From: an uncultured Gemmatimonadales bacterium
GTDB taxonomy: Bacteria > Gemmatimonadota > Gemmatimonadetes > Gemmatimonadales > GWC2-71-9
Direction: 5' to 3'
DNA: 64,000 nucleotides
Assembly (NCBI GenBank): GCA_963828735.1
Contig: CAWHFW010000002.1
Location: 992,881-1,056,880 of the forward strand
The translations under genes and the position numbers were made by a program. Of the stretch, positions 11,896 through 20,860 are shown one piece after another. Positions within the stretch are counted from its first letter, which is position 1. Each line of letters starts with the position of its first letter. The notes under the pieces were generated by a model. The model saw only the letters and a program-made list of their open reading frames with translations, made no database searches and was not told where the DNA came from.

Positions 11896-13686
11896 ATGCC
11901 CGCCCTCCCGACGGCGCCCTCCGATTACCGCCAGCACCTGGAGATCGAGACCCCCGAGCACGTCGTGCTCGACCTCGAAATCGCCGGAATCGGGAGTCGC
12001 GCCCTCGCCGCCGTGGTCGACACCGCGATCCTGGTCGGGTCCGGGCTCGCTCTCGTGATCGCGCTGACGATCTTGGCGCGCTATGGCGTGACCACCGGCC
12101 ACGTGGGGTCGATCGTGCTGGTGCTCGCGAGCTTTCTCGCCTGGAATGGCTATTTCATTCTGTTCGAGGGCCTGCGGCAGGGACAGACGCCGGGTAAGCG
12201 GATCGTCGGCATCCGCGTGGTGATGGACACCGGGCACGCCGTAAGCTTCGGGGCAGCCGCCGCCCGCAACCTGCTGCGCATCGCGGACGCCGTTCCCCCG
12301 CCGTATCTGATCGGGCTGCTGCTCGTCGCCTTCCACCCCCGGGGCAAACGACTGGGGGACCTCGTGGCCGGCACCGTGGTCGCGCGGGATCGTCCGCATG
12401 AAGCCCCGGCGGCGGCCCAGCCCGCACGTCCCCCCGACGAGGCGCCATCCATCCCGGAGCTCGGGGACGAAGACTTTCGGCTGCTCGCGCAGTTCGCGGC
12501 CCGTCACGGACAGCTCGAGCCCGCGTCCAGGGCACGGCTCGCGAACGGGCTGGCCGCCAGGCTTTCAGCGCATCCCGCTGGCGCCGGTCAGAGCGACGTG
12601 GCGCATCTCCTCGCGCTTCACGCGGCCGAGCTCTCCCGGCGTCAGGGCCGCCTTTCCGCCCGTGGCGCGGCCGGCGCCGGGACCCGGTTCGCGGCCCAGA
12701 AGCGGACGCGGTGGGACGAATTCGAGCGGCTCGCGGATCGGGCGGCGCGAAACGGCCTGGACAGTTTCGGCTCCAGCGAGCTGCCGGATTTCGCCGCCCG
12801 CTATCGCGAGGTGGCCGCCGACCTCGCGCGCGCCCGCACCTACCGCGCCGACCGGGCCACGCAGGACCGTCTCGAACGGCTCGCCGCCGCCGGTCACAAC
12901 GTGCTCTACCGGGACGACCGCAGCACCTGGGGCAGGCTGTGGATCGCTCTCGCTCGCGAATGCCCGGCCGCGGTGATCGAGGCGCGCCGGTATGTCCTGG
13001 TCGCGTTTCTGACGTTCATCATCCCGGCTGGGGTGGGATTCATGGTTCTCCACGAGCGACCCGCGCTCGCCGTGGAGCTCCTACCGGACGTCATGCTCCG
13101 CCGGGCCGAGGCGGGCCAGGCCCGAAAGGCCGCCGGCCGCGGGTACGTCGAGATTGCACCCGAGGACCGCGGGCTCATGGCGTCGGGCATCATCACCAAC
13201 AACGTGCGGGTGGCGATCGCCTGCTTCGCGGGCGGCGTATTCTTGGGGGTGGGGTCGCTCATCCTGCTGGCCTACAACGGTCTGGCGATCGGCGCCTTCG
13301 CCGGTCACTTCGCGAACGTGGGATTGCTGGACTATCTCCTCACCTTCATTCTCGGACACGGGGCCCTCGAGCTGTTCGCGATCTGGGTCGCGGGAGCGGC
13401 GGGATTTCTCCTGGGGCGCTCGGTCGTCGCGCCCGGCACGCTGAGCAGGGGCGACGCGCTGGTGGTAAGCGGTCGCGTGGCGATCCGCATGGTGGGCGCG
13501 ACGGCGGTGATCCTCGTGGCGGCGGGCCTGATCGAAGGATTCGTCTCGGCGGGCGGCTACGACGTAGGGGTGCGCCTCACCGCGAGCGTGGCCAGTCTGG
13601 CGTTGCTCGCGGGGTACCTCATCAGCGGCGTCAGATTTCGCGCAGCATCGTCCGCATCCGGATCGCCAGGGCCTCGATCTCCCTGA
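11896..13686 (+). CDS. RDD domain / SpoIIM (DUF95) fusion membrane protein
   Basis: ETPEHV..AGIGSR, GQTPGKR, KRLGDLVAGT (RDD); YREVAADLA, TNNVRV, HGALEL, AGLIEGFVS (SpoIIM). Confidence 0.88.
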   Translation: MPALPTAPSDYRQHLEIETPEHVVLDLEIAGIGSRALAAVVDTAILVGSGLALVIALTILARYGVTTGHVGSIVLVLASFLAWNGYFILFEGLRQGQTPGKRIVGIRVVMDTGHAVSFGAAAARNLLRIADAVPPPYLIGLLLVAFHPRGKRLGDLVAGTVVARDRPHEAPAAAQPARPPDEAPSIPELGDEDFRLLAQFAARHGQLEPASRARLANGLAARLSAHPAGAGQSDVAHLLALHAAELSRRQGRLSARGAAGAGTRFAAQKRTRWDEFERLADRAARNGLDSFGSSELPDFAARYREVAADLARARTYRADRATQDRLERLAAAGHNVLYRDDRSTWGRLWIALARECPAAVIEARRYVLVAFLTFIIPAGVGFMVLHERPALAVELLPDVMLRRAEAGQARKAAGRGYVEIAPEDRGLMASGIITNNVRVAIACFAGGVFLGVGSLILLAYNGLAIGAFAGHFANVGLLDYLLTFILGHGALELFAIWVAGAAGFLLGRSVVAPGTLSRGDALVVSGRVAIRMVGATAVILVAAGLIEGFVSAGGYDVGVRLTASVASLALLAGYLISGVRFRAASSASGSPGPRSP

Positions 13687-13813
13687 GGCTGGTCACCGTA
13701 GCGCCGTCGAGCTGGAGCTCGTTCAACAGCAGAAGCTGCGTCTCCGCGAGCAGCGCCGAGAGCGGATTCGACAGGTCGTGCCGAAGCTTGCTGAGCCGAT
13801 CGGCGTCCGACAT
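13631..13813 (-). CDS. Stand-alone HisKA/DHp micro-protein (60 aa)
   Basis: MSDADRLSKLRHDLSNPLSALLAETQLL: H-box HDLxNPL with no ATPase domain; starts 5 nt after the upstream stop. Confidence 0.7.
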   Translation of the reverse strand: MSDADRLSKLRHDLSNPLSALLAETQLLLLNELQLDGATVTSLREIEALAIRMRTMLREI

Positions 13814-13818
13814 CTGAT

Positions 13819-14100
13819 CTAGGCCAGAGACAGGTAGAGCGCGCGCAGGTGATGTTCGGGCAGGCTCCGGACCGACTCCCACAGCTCGGCCTCGGATGGA
13901 GCGCAGAAGATCTCGACGGTTTCTCGGGCCACGAAGTCCGGATCCACGAAGCGAAGCTTCGCGCGCCAGGTCCCATCTTCCTCGCGTCGGACGGTCAGGT
14001 GAATGGCGATGGGACGGTCGGGCAGGCGGAGGGGGGGCAATTCGTGGACGACGGGGTCCCGAGGGGCCTGGGGGCCAAACCGTTGGGGTTGAGCCGTCAT
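13819..14100 (-). CDS. Hypothetical protein (93 aa)
   Basis: ATG with GGAGG RBS; globular-looking sequence. Confidence 0.7.
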   Translation of the reverse strand: MTAQPQRFGPQAPRDPVVHELPPLRLPDRPIAIHLTVRREEDGTWRAKLRFVDPDFVARETVEIFCAPSEAELWESVRSLPEHHLRALYLSLA

Positions 14101-14177
14101 CGCAGAGCCTCCGATGGTGAGCCGTAGTGTTCAAAGATCGTACGGGACTGCAAGTTATGCAATGCGGCACCCCCCTC

Positions 14178-14206
14178 TTGACGTCGCCTAGGGCATGCTC
14201 TAATTT
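14178..14206 (+). promoter_or_regulatory. Sigma70-type promoter of rho
   Basis: TTGACG-17 bp-TAATTT. Confidence 0.6.
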
Positions 14207-14399
14207 GAATTGCTTCTTGGGTCGGCAGGAAACTCCCCGTCACACCTCGTGTACCGCCAGCTCCGTTCCCGGGGCCCATTTCATACATCGCACCTACGTC
14301 ACCCATACCATCGTCCAGCCTGTTCAGGGGTCTTGACACCCCTATCATCCCACCGCCCGCCGGATCGCCGGCTGGCCACGCCCCTCTGGAGTCTCGTCC

Positions 14400-15647
14400 G
14401 TGGATATCGCTGAGCTGAAACAGAAATCGGTCGCGGAGCTGCACTCGCTGGCTGAGCAGTTGAACATTACCAACTACTCCGGCCTCCGGAAGCAGGACCT
14501 CATCTTCCGCATCGAACAGTCGCTCCTCGACTCGGACACGGTCATCCGGGGTGAGGGGGTGCTGGAGATTCTGCCCGAAGGCTACGGCTTCCTCCGCAGC
14601 CAGGACTGGAACTACCTGTACGGCCCCGACGACATCTACGTCTCGCCGAGCCAGATCAAGCGGTTCGACCTCCGGACGGGCGATACGGTCATGGGCCAGG
14701 TCCGCCCGCCCAAGGAAGGCGAGCGGTACCTCGCGCTGCTCAAGGTCGAGCAGGTCAACTTCGAGGAGCCGGAAAAGACCAAGCACCGGATCGCCTTCGA
14801 CAACCTGCGGCCCCGGTACCCCGACTCCCGGATCCGGCTCGAGCGGAAGATCGGCGACCTAAGCATGCGGGTCGTGGACCTTCTCTCGCCGCTCGGCAAG
14901 GGACAGCGCGCGCTCATCGTCGCCCCGCCCAAGGCCGGCAAGACGATCCTGATGCAGAAGCTCGCGAACGCGATCAGCGAGAACCACCCCGAGATCGTCC
15001 TCATCGTGCTGCTCATCGACGAGCGGCCCGAGGAGGTCACCGACATGGAGGAGAACGTAAAGGCGGAGGTGATCTCCTCCACCTTCGACGAGCCCGCCGA
15101 CCGGCACGTGCAGGTGGCCGACATGGTGATCGAGAAGTCCAAGCGCCTGGTCGAGCACGGCCGGGACGTGGTCATCCTGCTCGACTCGATCACCCGTCTC
15201 GCGCGCGCCCACAACGTCGTGGTGCCCCACTCGGGCAAGATCCTCTCGGGCGGTGTCGACGCCAACGCGCTGCAGAAGCCCAAGCGCTTCTTCGGCGCGG
15301 CGCGGAACATCGACAAGGGCGGGAGCCTCAGCATCATCGCCACGGCGCTGATCGACACCGGCAGCCGGATGGACGAGGTGATCTTCGAGGAGTTCAAGGG
15401 CACCGGTAACTCGGAGCTCGTGCTCGATCGCCGCCTGGCCGACCGGCGCATCTACCCCGCGATCGACATCCAGCGCACCTCGACGCGCAAGGAAGAGCTC
15501 CTCATGGACAAGGACGAGCTCAACCGCGTCTACCTGCTGCGGAACTTCCTGGCCGACATGCCGCCGGTCGAAGCGCTCGAGTTCCTGCTGGAGCGGATGA
15601 AGCGCACCAAGAACAACAAGGAGTTCTTCGCGACGATGGCGCAGTAG
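14400..15647 (+). CDS. rho: Transcription termination factor Rho
   Basis: [46 protein letters not shown] start. Confidence 0.98.
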   Translation: MDIAELKQKSVAELHSLAEQLNITNYSGLRKQDLIFRIEQSLLDSDTVIRGEGVLEILPEGYGFLRSQDWNYLYGPDDIYVSPSQIKRFDLRTGDTVMGQVRPPKEGERYLALLKVEQVNFEEPEKTKHRIAFDNLRPRYPDSRIRLERKIGDLSMRVVDLLSPLGKGQRALIVAPPKAGKTILMQKLANAISENHPEIVLIVLLIDERPEEVTDMEENVKAEVISSTFDEPADRHVQVADMVIEKSKRLVEHGRDVVILLDSITRLARAHNVVVPHSGKILSGGVDANALQKPKRFFGAARNIDKGGSLSIIATALIDTGSRMDEVIFEEFKGTGNSELVLDRRLADRRIYPAIDIQRTSTRKEELLMDKDELNRVYLLRNFLADMPPVEALEFLLERMKRTKNNKEFFATMAQ

Positions 15648-15671
15648 GGCTGTCGCGCTGGTAGCGACACC

Positions 15672-15717
15672 AGGGCGGAGAGGGCTCGGGGATCGAGACC
15701 CTCTCCGCCCTTCTTTT
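15672..15717 (+). terminator. Intrinsic terminator after rho
   Basis: AGGGCGGAGAGGG..CCCTCTCCGCCCT stem followed by TCTTTT. Confidence 0.85.
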
Positions 15718-15737
15718 GTCCGGCGTTACCTTCAGGC

Positions 15738-16185
15738 ATGCTACCGACCAGTGGCCGCCTGCTCGCCGTCGACTGGGGCGACGTGCGCATCGGCCTGGCG
15801 CTGAGCGACGAGTCCCAGGTGATCGCGTCGCCGCTCGAGACGCTGGTGCGCCGCCCGGGGAAGCGCTTCCCGATGCCACGCTTTCTCGAGCTGGTGGCGC
15901 AACACGCCCCGGTCGGGATCGTGGTGGGGCTGCCGCTCACGAGCGAGGGAGACGAGGGGGCGAGCGCGGCGGGCGCGCGAGAGATCGCCGACGCGATCGG
16001 CCGGCGCACCGAACCTCCCCCTCGCTTTCTGGGACGAGCGGATGAGCACGGCCAGGGCACTCGCCGCCATTCGAGAACAGGGCGGCTCGACCCGCGGCCG
16101 CCGGGAGGAGGTGGACGCCCTCGCGGCTGCGGTCCTGCTCCAGCACTACCTCGAGGCGCGACGCGCCGGGGGAACCGAACGGTGA
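15738..16185 (+). CDS. ruvX: RuvX/YqgF pre-16S rRNA nuclease (one +1 frameshift near 16011-16014)
   Basis: LLAVDWGDVRIGLALSD, VVGLPL in the first frame; WDERMST..VDALAAAVLLQHYL* in the shifted frame ending at TGA 16185. Confidence 0.88.
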
Positions 16186-17156
16186 GCCGACGGCCGAGGC
16201 GGCTGCTGGCGCTGGGCCTGGTGGTCGCCGCATGCGGCGGCCGCAATACCGCTCCCGAACGGGTAACCGTGCCGCCGGGCGCCACCTTCGCCGCCGTGAC
16301 CGATACGCTCGCCGCGCACGGCGTCATCGCCAGCCGCCGCATCTTCAAGCTCATCGCGCGGGTCCGCCGGGTGGACCGCTCGGTGCAGGCCGGCGTCTAC
16401 GAGTTTCCTCCGGCGACCTCACCCTGGCAGGTGCTCGATGTGCTCGCGAAGGGCGCCGCGGTGTCGCAGAAGTTCACGGTGCCCGAAGGACTCGCGATCC
16501 CGGAGGTGGCCGCGCTCGCCGCCGAGCGGCTGGGCATCCCCGAGGATTCGGTGCTGGTCGCGGCCGCGAACGGCGCGGCCGCAAGCGAGATCCTCGGATT
16601 TCCGGTCCGCTCGTTCGAGGGCTTCCTCCGCCCCGAGACCTATTCGCTGCCGATGAGCCTGGACGCGGCAGACCTCGTACGCATCATGGCGGAAGGCTTC
16701 AAGTCGGGCTGGGAGCCGGCCTGGACCGCGCGCCTCGACTCCATCGGGATGACGGAGGCGCAGCTGGTCACCTTCGCCTCCATCGTCGAAGGGGAGGCGC
16801 GGGCCGACGAGGAGCGCGAGACGATTGCCGGCGTGTACCACAACCGGCTGCGGATTGGGATGGCGCTGCAGGCCGACCCGACGGTGCAGTACGCCATCTT
16901 CCTGGCCACCGGCCGCCGAAAGAACCGGTTGTTCGAGAAGGACTACCAGTTCGCGTCGCCGTACAACACCTACCTTCACCCCGGCCTTCCACCCGGCCCG
17001 GTCAACTCGCCGAGCCGGCGCAGCATCGAGGCCTCGTTGTACCCGGCTCAGGTGCCCTATCTCTACTTCGTCGCGGGCCCCGACGGACACCACGTGTTCG
17101 CCAAGACCTACGGGGACCATCTCCGGAACATCGCGAAGGTTCGGCACGGGAAGTAG
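16182..17156 (+). CDS. mltG: Endolytic transglycosylase MltG
   Basis: GTG overlapping the ruvX stop; TVPEG, EGFLRPETY, ASIVEGE, LQADPT, SPYNTY..GLPPGP, YLYFV. Confidence 0.95.
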   Translation: MSRRPRRLLALGLVVAACGGRNTAPERVTVPPGATFAAVTDTLAAHGVIASRRIFKLIARVRRVDRSVQAGVYEFPPATSPWQVLDVLAKGAAVSQKFTVPEGLAIPEVAALAAERLGIPEDSVLVAAANGAAASEILGFPVRSFEGFLRPETYSLPMSLDAADLVRIMAEGFKSGWEPAWTARLDSIGMTEAQLVTFASIVEGEARADEERETIAGVYHNRLRIGMALQADPTVQYAIFLATGRRKNRLFEKDYQFASPYNTYLHPGLPPGPVNSPSRRSIEASLYPAQVPYLYFVAGPDGHHVFAKTYGDHLRNIAKVRHGK

Positions 17157-17174
17157 GCGACCAAAGGCAGGACG

Positions 17175-17807
17175 TCAGCCGCCCGTTTCCGCCCACGCCT
17201 CGGCATACGCGGCGGCGGCGAGACGGACGTCGCCTTCACCGATGATGCCGGAAACCACGGCCACACCCGATCCGCCCACCTGGCGCACCATCGGGACGTC
17301 ACTCGGTCTGACGGCGCCAATCGCGAGGCACGGCCGCGCACCCGCGAGGCGCGCCAGCTGCGCGAAGCCCTCCCTCCCGAGCTCCGCTCCCGCATCTGCC
17401 TTGGTTATCGTGACCCGCCACGGGCCGATGCCCCAGTAGTCAGCGGCGGCGGCCGCGGCGGCTTCCGCCGGGGATCCGACCGACGCGCCGATGATGAAGC
17501 CCGGCGGGGCGATCGCCCGGGCGAGCGAGACCGGGAGATCCTCGGGCCCGAGGTGAACGCCGGCCGCGCCCGCGGCGAGCGCGATGTCCGGGCGATCGTT
17601 CACGAGAACTGGAATCCGGAGGGTCGCCACGAGCGCGCGGGCGAGCGTGACCTGCTCGCGGGGCGTCGCGTGCTTGAGGCGGAGCTGGACCGAGGTGACG
17701 CCGCCCACCTCCGCCTCCCGCGCGAGCCCGATGAGATCGCGACCCGCCAACAGCCGGTCGTCGGTCACGAGCATCAGCCGAACCAATGCGGCTACATTAG
17801 GTGCCAT
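17175..17807 (-). CDS. thiE: Thiamine-phosphate synthase
   Basis: VQLRLK, VNDRPD, GVHLG..D, T.TK, AVVSGI; GGAGG SD upstream of ATG 17807. Confidence 0.88.
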   Translation of the reverse strand: MAPNVAALVRLMLVTDDRLLAGRDLIGLAREAEVGGVTSVQLRLKHATPREQVTLARALVATLRIPVLVNDRPDIALAAGAAGVHLGPEDLPVSLARAIAPPGFIIGASVGSPAEAAAAAAADYWGIGPWRVTITKADAGAELGREGFAQLARLAGARPCLAIGAVRPSDVPMVRQVGGSGVAVVSGIIGEGDVRLAAAAYAEAWAETGG

Positions 17808-18180
17808 GTCGGCCCCTCCACCTCGCCTGCAGGGCATTCGCGGCGCCACGACCGTGGACCGCAACGACGCGACCGAGATCCTCGAAGCCACCGACGAGCT
17901 GCTGCGCACGCTCATCGAGGCCAACGGCATCTCGCCCGACGACATCGTGAGCGGGCTCTTCACGGTGACACGCGACCTCGATGCCGCTTTCCCCGCCCGC
18001 GCGGCGGAAATTTACGGCTGGAACATCGTGGCGCTCCTGCACGCCACCGAGATCCCGGTGCCCGGCTCCCTCCCAATGTGCATTCGCCTGCTGGTGCACG
18101 CCTATACCGAGCGGAGCCGCGCGGAAATCAGGCATTGCTACCTGCGCGGGGCCACCGTCCTCCGACCCGATCGCGCGTGA
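17806..18180 (+). CDS. aroH: AroH-type chorismate mutase
   Basis: GIRGATTV, FTVT.DLDA.FPA.AA, EIPVPGSLP.CIR, YLRGA..LRPD. Confidence 0.93.
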   Translation: MSAPPPRLQGIRGATTVDRNDATEILEATDELLRTLIEANGISPDDIVSGLFTVTRDLDAAFPARAAEIYGWNIVALLHATEIPVPGSLPMCIRLLVHAYTERSRAEIRHCYLRGATVLRPDRA

Positions 18181-19331
18181 GCAGCGTCCGCGTCACCGCG
18201 CGCGGCGCCGAGCGCTGGGTGCGCGGTCACCCATGGATCTACCGCAGCGACGTCACCTCGGCCGATGCCCCGGCCGGCCTCGTCCCCGTGCATGATCCCC
18301 GCGGCCGCTTCATCGGGCAGGGCCTGCATTCCCCCGCCTCCGAGATCCGCCTCCGGCTGCTCGAACGCACCGATCGCCCGGTGGACGCGGCCTGGTGGCG
18401 CGAGCGACTCGCGGCGAGCGCTGGCCGTCGCGCGGGCATCGACGCGACCGCCTACAGGCTCGTGCACGGCGAAGGCGATGGCCTGCCTTCCCTGATCGTC
18501 GACCGGTACGACCGCTGGCTGGTGGCACAGATCCTCTCGGCTGGCCTCGAGACGATGCGAGAGTCGATCGTGGATGCTCTCGCGGAGGTCTTCGAGCCCG
18601 ATGGGATTCTGCTCCGGAACGACGCCGCCGTCCGGCGCCGGGAAGGGCTCGCCGAGGTGGTAACCCTCGCCCGCGGCACCGTGCCGCGCGAGGTAGAGGT
18701 GCGGGAGGCGGACACGCGTTACCTCGCCGCGCCCTGGGATGGCCAGAAGACCGGCGCGTTCCTCGATCAGCGCCCCAACCGCATCCTGGCCGGCGAGCTC
18801 GCGGCGGCGGGCGGCCGCGCGCTGGACTGCTTCGCCTATCACGGGTCCTTCGCGGTTCACCTCGCGCGCCGCGCCGCATCGGTGCTCGCGCTGGATGTGA
18901 GCTCGGAGGCGCTCGAGCGCGGAGCGGCCAACGCCGCCCTGAACGGCCTAACCAACATCGAGTGGCGGGAGGGGGACGCCTTCGAGACGCTGCGCGCCTT
19001 CGCCCGGGCGCGCGAGCGGTTCGACACCATCGTCCTCGACCCCCCGGCGTTCGCGAAGAACCGGGGCGCCGTGTCGGCCGCGATCCGGGGCTATCACGAG
19101 GTCAACCTCCGAGCCATGCGGTGCCTGGCCCCGGGCGGCACCTTGCTCACCGCGAGCTGCTCCTTTCACGTCCGGCTGCCGGAGTTCCTCGCCATGTTGG
19201 CGGATGCCGCCGCGGACAGCGGCCGGCGCATCCATCTGCTCCGCGTCCTGGGACAGGATCGGGACCACCCCGAAGTGCTCACGATTCCAGAAACCAGCTA
19301 CCTGAAGGGCGCGGTTCTGCAGGGGGAGTGA
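18177..19331 (+). CDS. rlmI: PUA-domain class I SAM rRNA methyltransferase (RlmI family)
   Basis: GHPWIY, GEGDGLP.LIVDRY, GQKTGAFLDQR, LDPPAF, DHP..PETSYLK. Confidence 0.88.
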   Translation: MSSVRVTARGAERWVRGHPWIYRSDVTSADAPAGLVPVHDPRGRFIGQGLHSPASEIRLRLLERTDRPVDAAWWRERLAASAGRRAGIDATAYRLVHGEGDGLPSLIVDRYDRWLVAQILSAGLETMRESIVDALAEVFEPDGILLRNDAAVRRREGLAEVVTLARGTVPREVEVREADTRYLAAPWDGQKTGAFLDQRPNRILAGELAAAGGRALDCFAYHGSFAVHLARRAASVLALDVSSEALERGAANAALNGLTNIEWREGDAFETLRAFARARERFDTIVLDPPAFAKNRGAVSAAIRGYHEVNLRAMRCLAPGGTLLTASCSFHVRLPEFLAMLADAAADSGRRIHLLRVLGQDRDHPEVLTIPETSYLKGAVLQGE

Positions 19332-19472
19332 CGCATCCGCCCCGCCCTGGACTTTCGTCGCATTGACACCGCCTGCCCTCTATATGACTTTGCATGCGAT
19401 GCCGTCCGCGGAATCCTCACTCCAGTCGCTTCGTCTCGCCACGACGCCCCGCGCCCACCGCGCCGAGGCCGC

Positions 19473-20351
19473 GTGCTGAGCGCCACGCAAGTGCGTGCCA
19501 CGGCGCAGCGGCGGCGCTCGCCCTATTCGGACAAGCAGCACTACCAGGCGTACATCCTCCAACGCATCGAAGACTACAAGAACTCCATCGGCCGCGGCGA
19601 GCTCCTCCGGCTGGGCGACGAAGCCGCCGCCGAGTTGCAGTCCGCCGCCGAAGGGCAGTTCCTCTTGACCGAAGTCCTCATGCTGGAGTCCGTGGACCGG
19701 CTCATCGTGAAGCGGCTCTCCCTGCGTCCCTACAGCCGCTGGCGGCAGCAGTTCCGCAAGCTCCGCGAGGCGCAGCGGACCCCGACGCATTGGGGCCTCG
19801 AGCCCGCCTCGCCGCTCGGGCGGCTCCTCCCGAGGCTGGAGCCCGAGGACGCGGTCATGGTCATCGGCAGCGGCGCCGAGCCCGCAGCGTATCTCCTCGC
19901 GGCGCATGACGCGACCGTCACCTTCCTGGCCGGCGACCTCGGTTGCGTCGAGCGCGTCGAATCGCGCATGGCCACGGAGGCGCTGAGTAGCATGTTCGAT
20001 GGCTACGTCGCGCAAACCGGTCCCTGCCTGCCCGATTTCGTGGACCTGCCTCGCGATCTGGATCTCGTCGTGCTGGATCCTGGCGCGCTGCTCCACCTCG
20101 GCGCCACGTGCCGCATGGAATTCATCGGCGACCTGCAGCGGCACAGCCGTCCGGGCGCTGTGCACGTCATCCTGCCGTGCTGTCCCTCGATCGCGCCCGA
20201 CTCGCTGCTTTGCTGCTATGACGGCTGGCTGATCGAAGAGGATAACCGCCGACGTCGTCGGAACGGTGCGTCGCGCCGGCCGGATGGGATCGTGCTGACG
20301 GCGCCGTTGTGTCCCGCCAACACGGAGGTCCGGCGCTCGACTGCGTCATAA
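19473..20351 (+). CDS. Hypothetical protein; helical N-terminus plus degenerate Rossmann/methyltransferase-like region
   Basis: 292-aa ORF with host codon usage; VIGSGA..; TTGACA at 19363 upstream. Confidence 0.65.
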   Translation: MLSATQVRATAQRRRSPYSDKQHYQAYILQRIEDYKNSIGRGELLRLGDEAAAELQSAAEGQFLLTEVLMLESVDRLIVKRLSLRPYSRWRQQFRKLREAQRTPTHWGLEPASPLGRLLPRLEPEDAVMVIGSGAEPAAYLLAAHDATVTFLAGDLGCVERVESRMATEALSSMFDGYVAQTGPCLPDFVDLPRDLDLVVLDPGALLHLGATCRMEFIGDLQRHSRPGAVHVILPCCPSIAPDSLLCCYDGWLIEEDNRRRRRNGASRRPDGIVLTAPLCPANTEVRRSTAS

Positions 20352-20419
20352 CGACGCGGCAGCCTGGGAGCAGGTCAGCTAAGACCCGATATGACACAGG
20401 CTTGCAGAGGCACCCCGCG

Positions 20420-20434
20420 TGGCACGCAGGGTGC
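20420..20434 (+). promoter_or_regulatory. Candidate sigma54 promoter
   Basis: TGGCAC-GCAGG-GTGC with correct GG-N10-GC spacing. Confidence 0.5.
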
Positions 20435-20482
20435 CTTTTCTATTGGCGTTCCCACTCACCCAGGATGATGAGGATCGCCACC

Positions 20483-20650
20483 ATGAAGACTCCCCAACTC
20501 GTCGTCCCGGCCTCACCCCTTGGCATCGTCATCAAGAACGGTGCGCCCGCCCCGAAGCCGGTCCGTTTCTGGGCCTATATGTGGGCGGCAGACGAAGAGA
20601 CCGGGGACGACCACTGGCATCGCCACGTCCCGGCCGAGCACGCGGCCTGA
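20483..20650 (+). CDS. Small His-rich hypothetical protein (55 aa)
   Basis: GAGGA RBS, ATG, followed by its own terminator. Confidence 0.6.
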   Translation: MKTPQLVVPASPLGIVIKNGAPAPKPVRFWAYMWAADEETGDDHWHRHVPAEHAA

Positions 20651-20683
20651 ACGGGAAGGGCTGACCAGCCGATCGGCGGCCCG

Positions 20684-20717
20684 AAACGCCCCCGGACCTC
20701 TCGGTCCGGGGGTGTTT
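20684..20717 (+). terminator. Intrinsic terminator
   Basis: AAACGCCCCCGGACC-TCTC-GGTCCGGGGGTGTTT. Confidence 0.8.
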
Positions 20718-20860
20718 GTACTTTGGAGGCCGGGCGCTGGCGAGTCGAGCGTGGTTTGACACCGAACCTCGCCCGAGCCCCACGTCAGGCCTCTCAACCA
20801 TTCACCTTCTCCGCCCTTTCCAGCCCTCATATATTCCGCCCGACTTCTTTCCGAGGCTCG

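Noticed and set aside
15738..17156. RuvX-MltG fusion protein
   Set aside because: Explained by a single frameshift; both genes have their own termini
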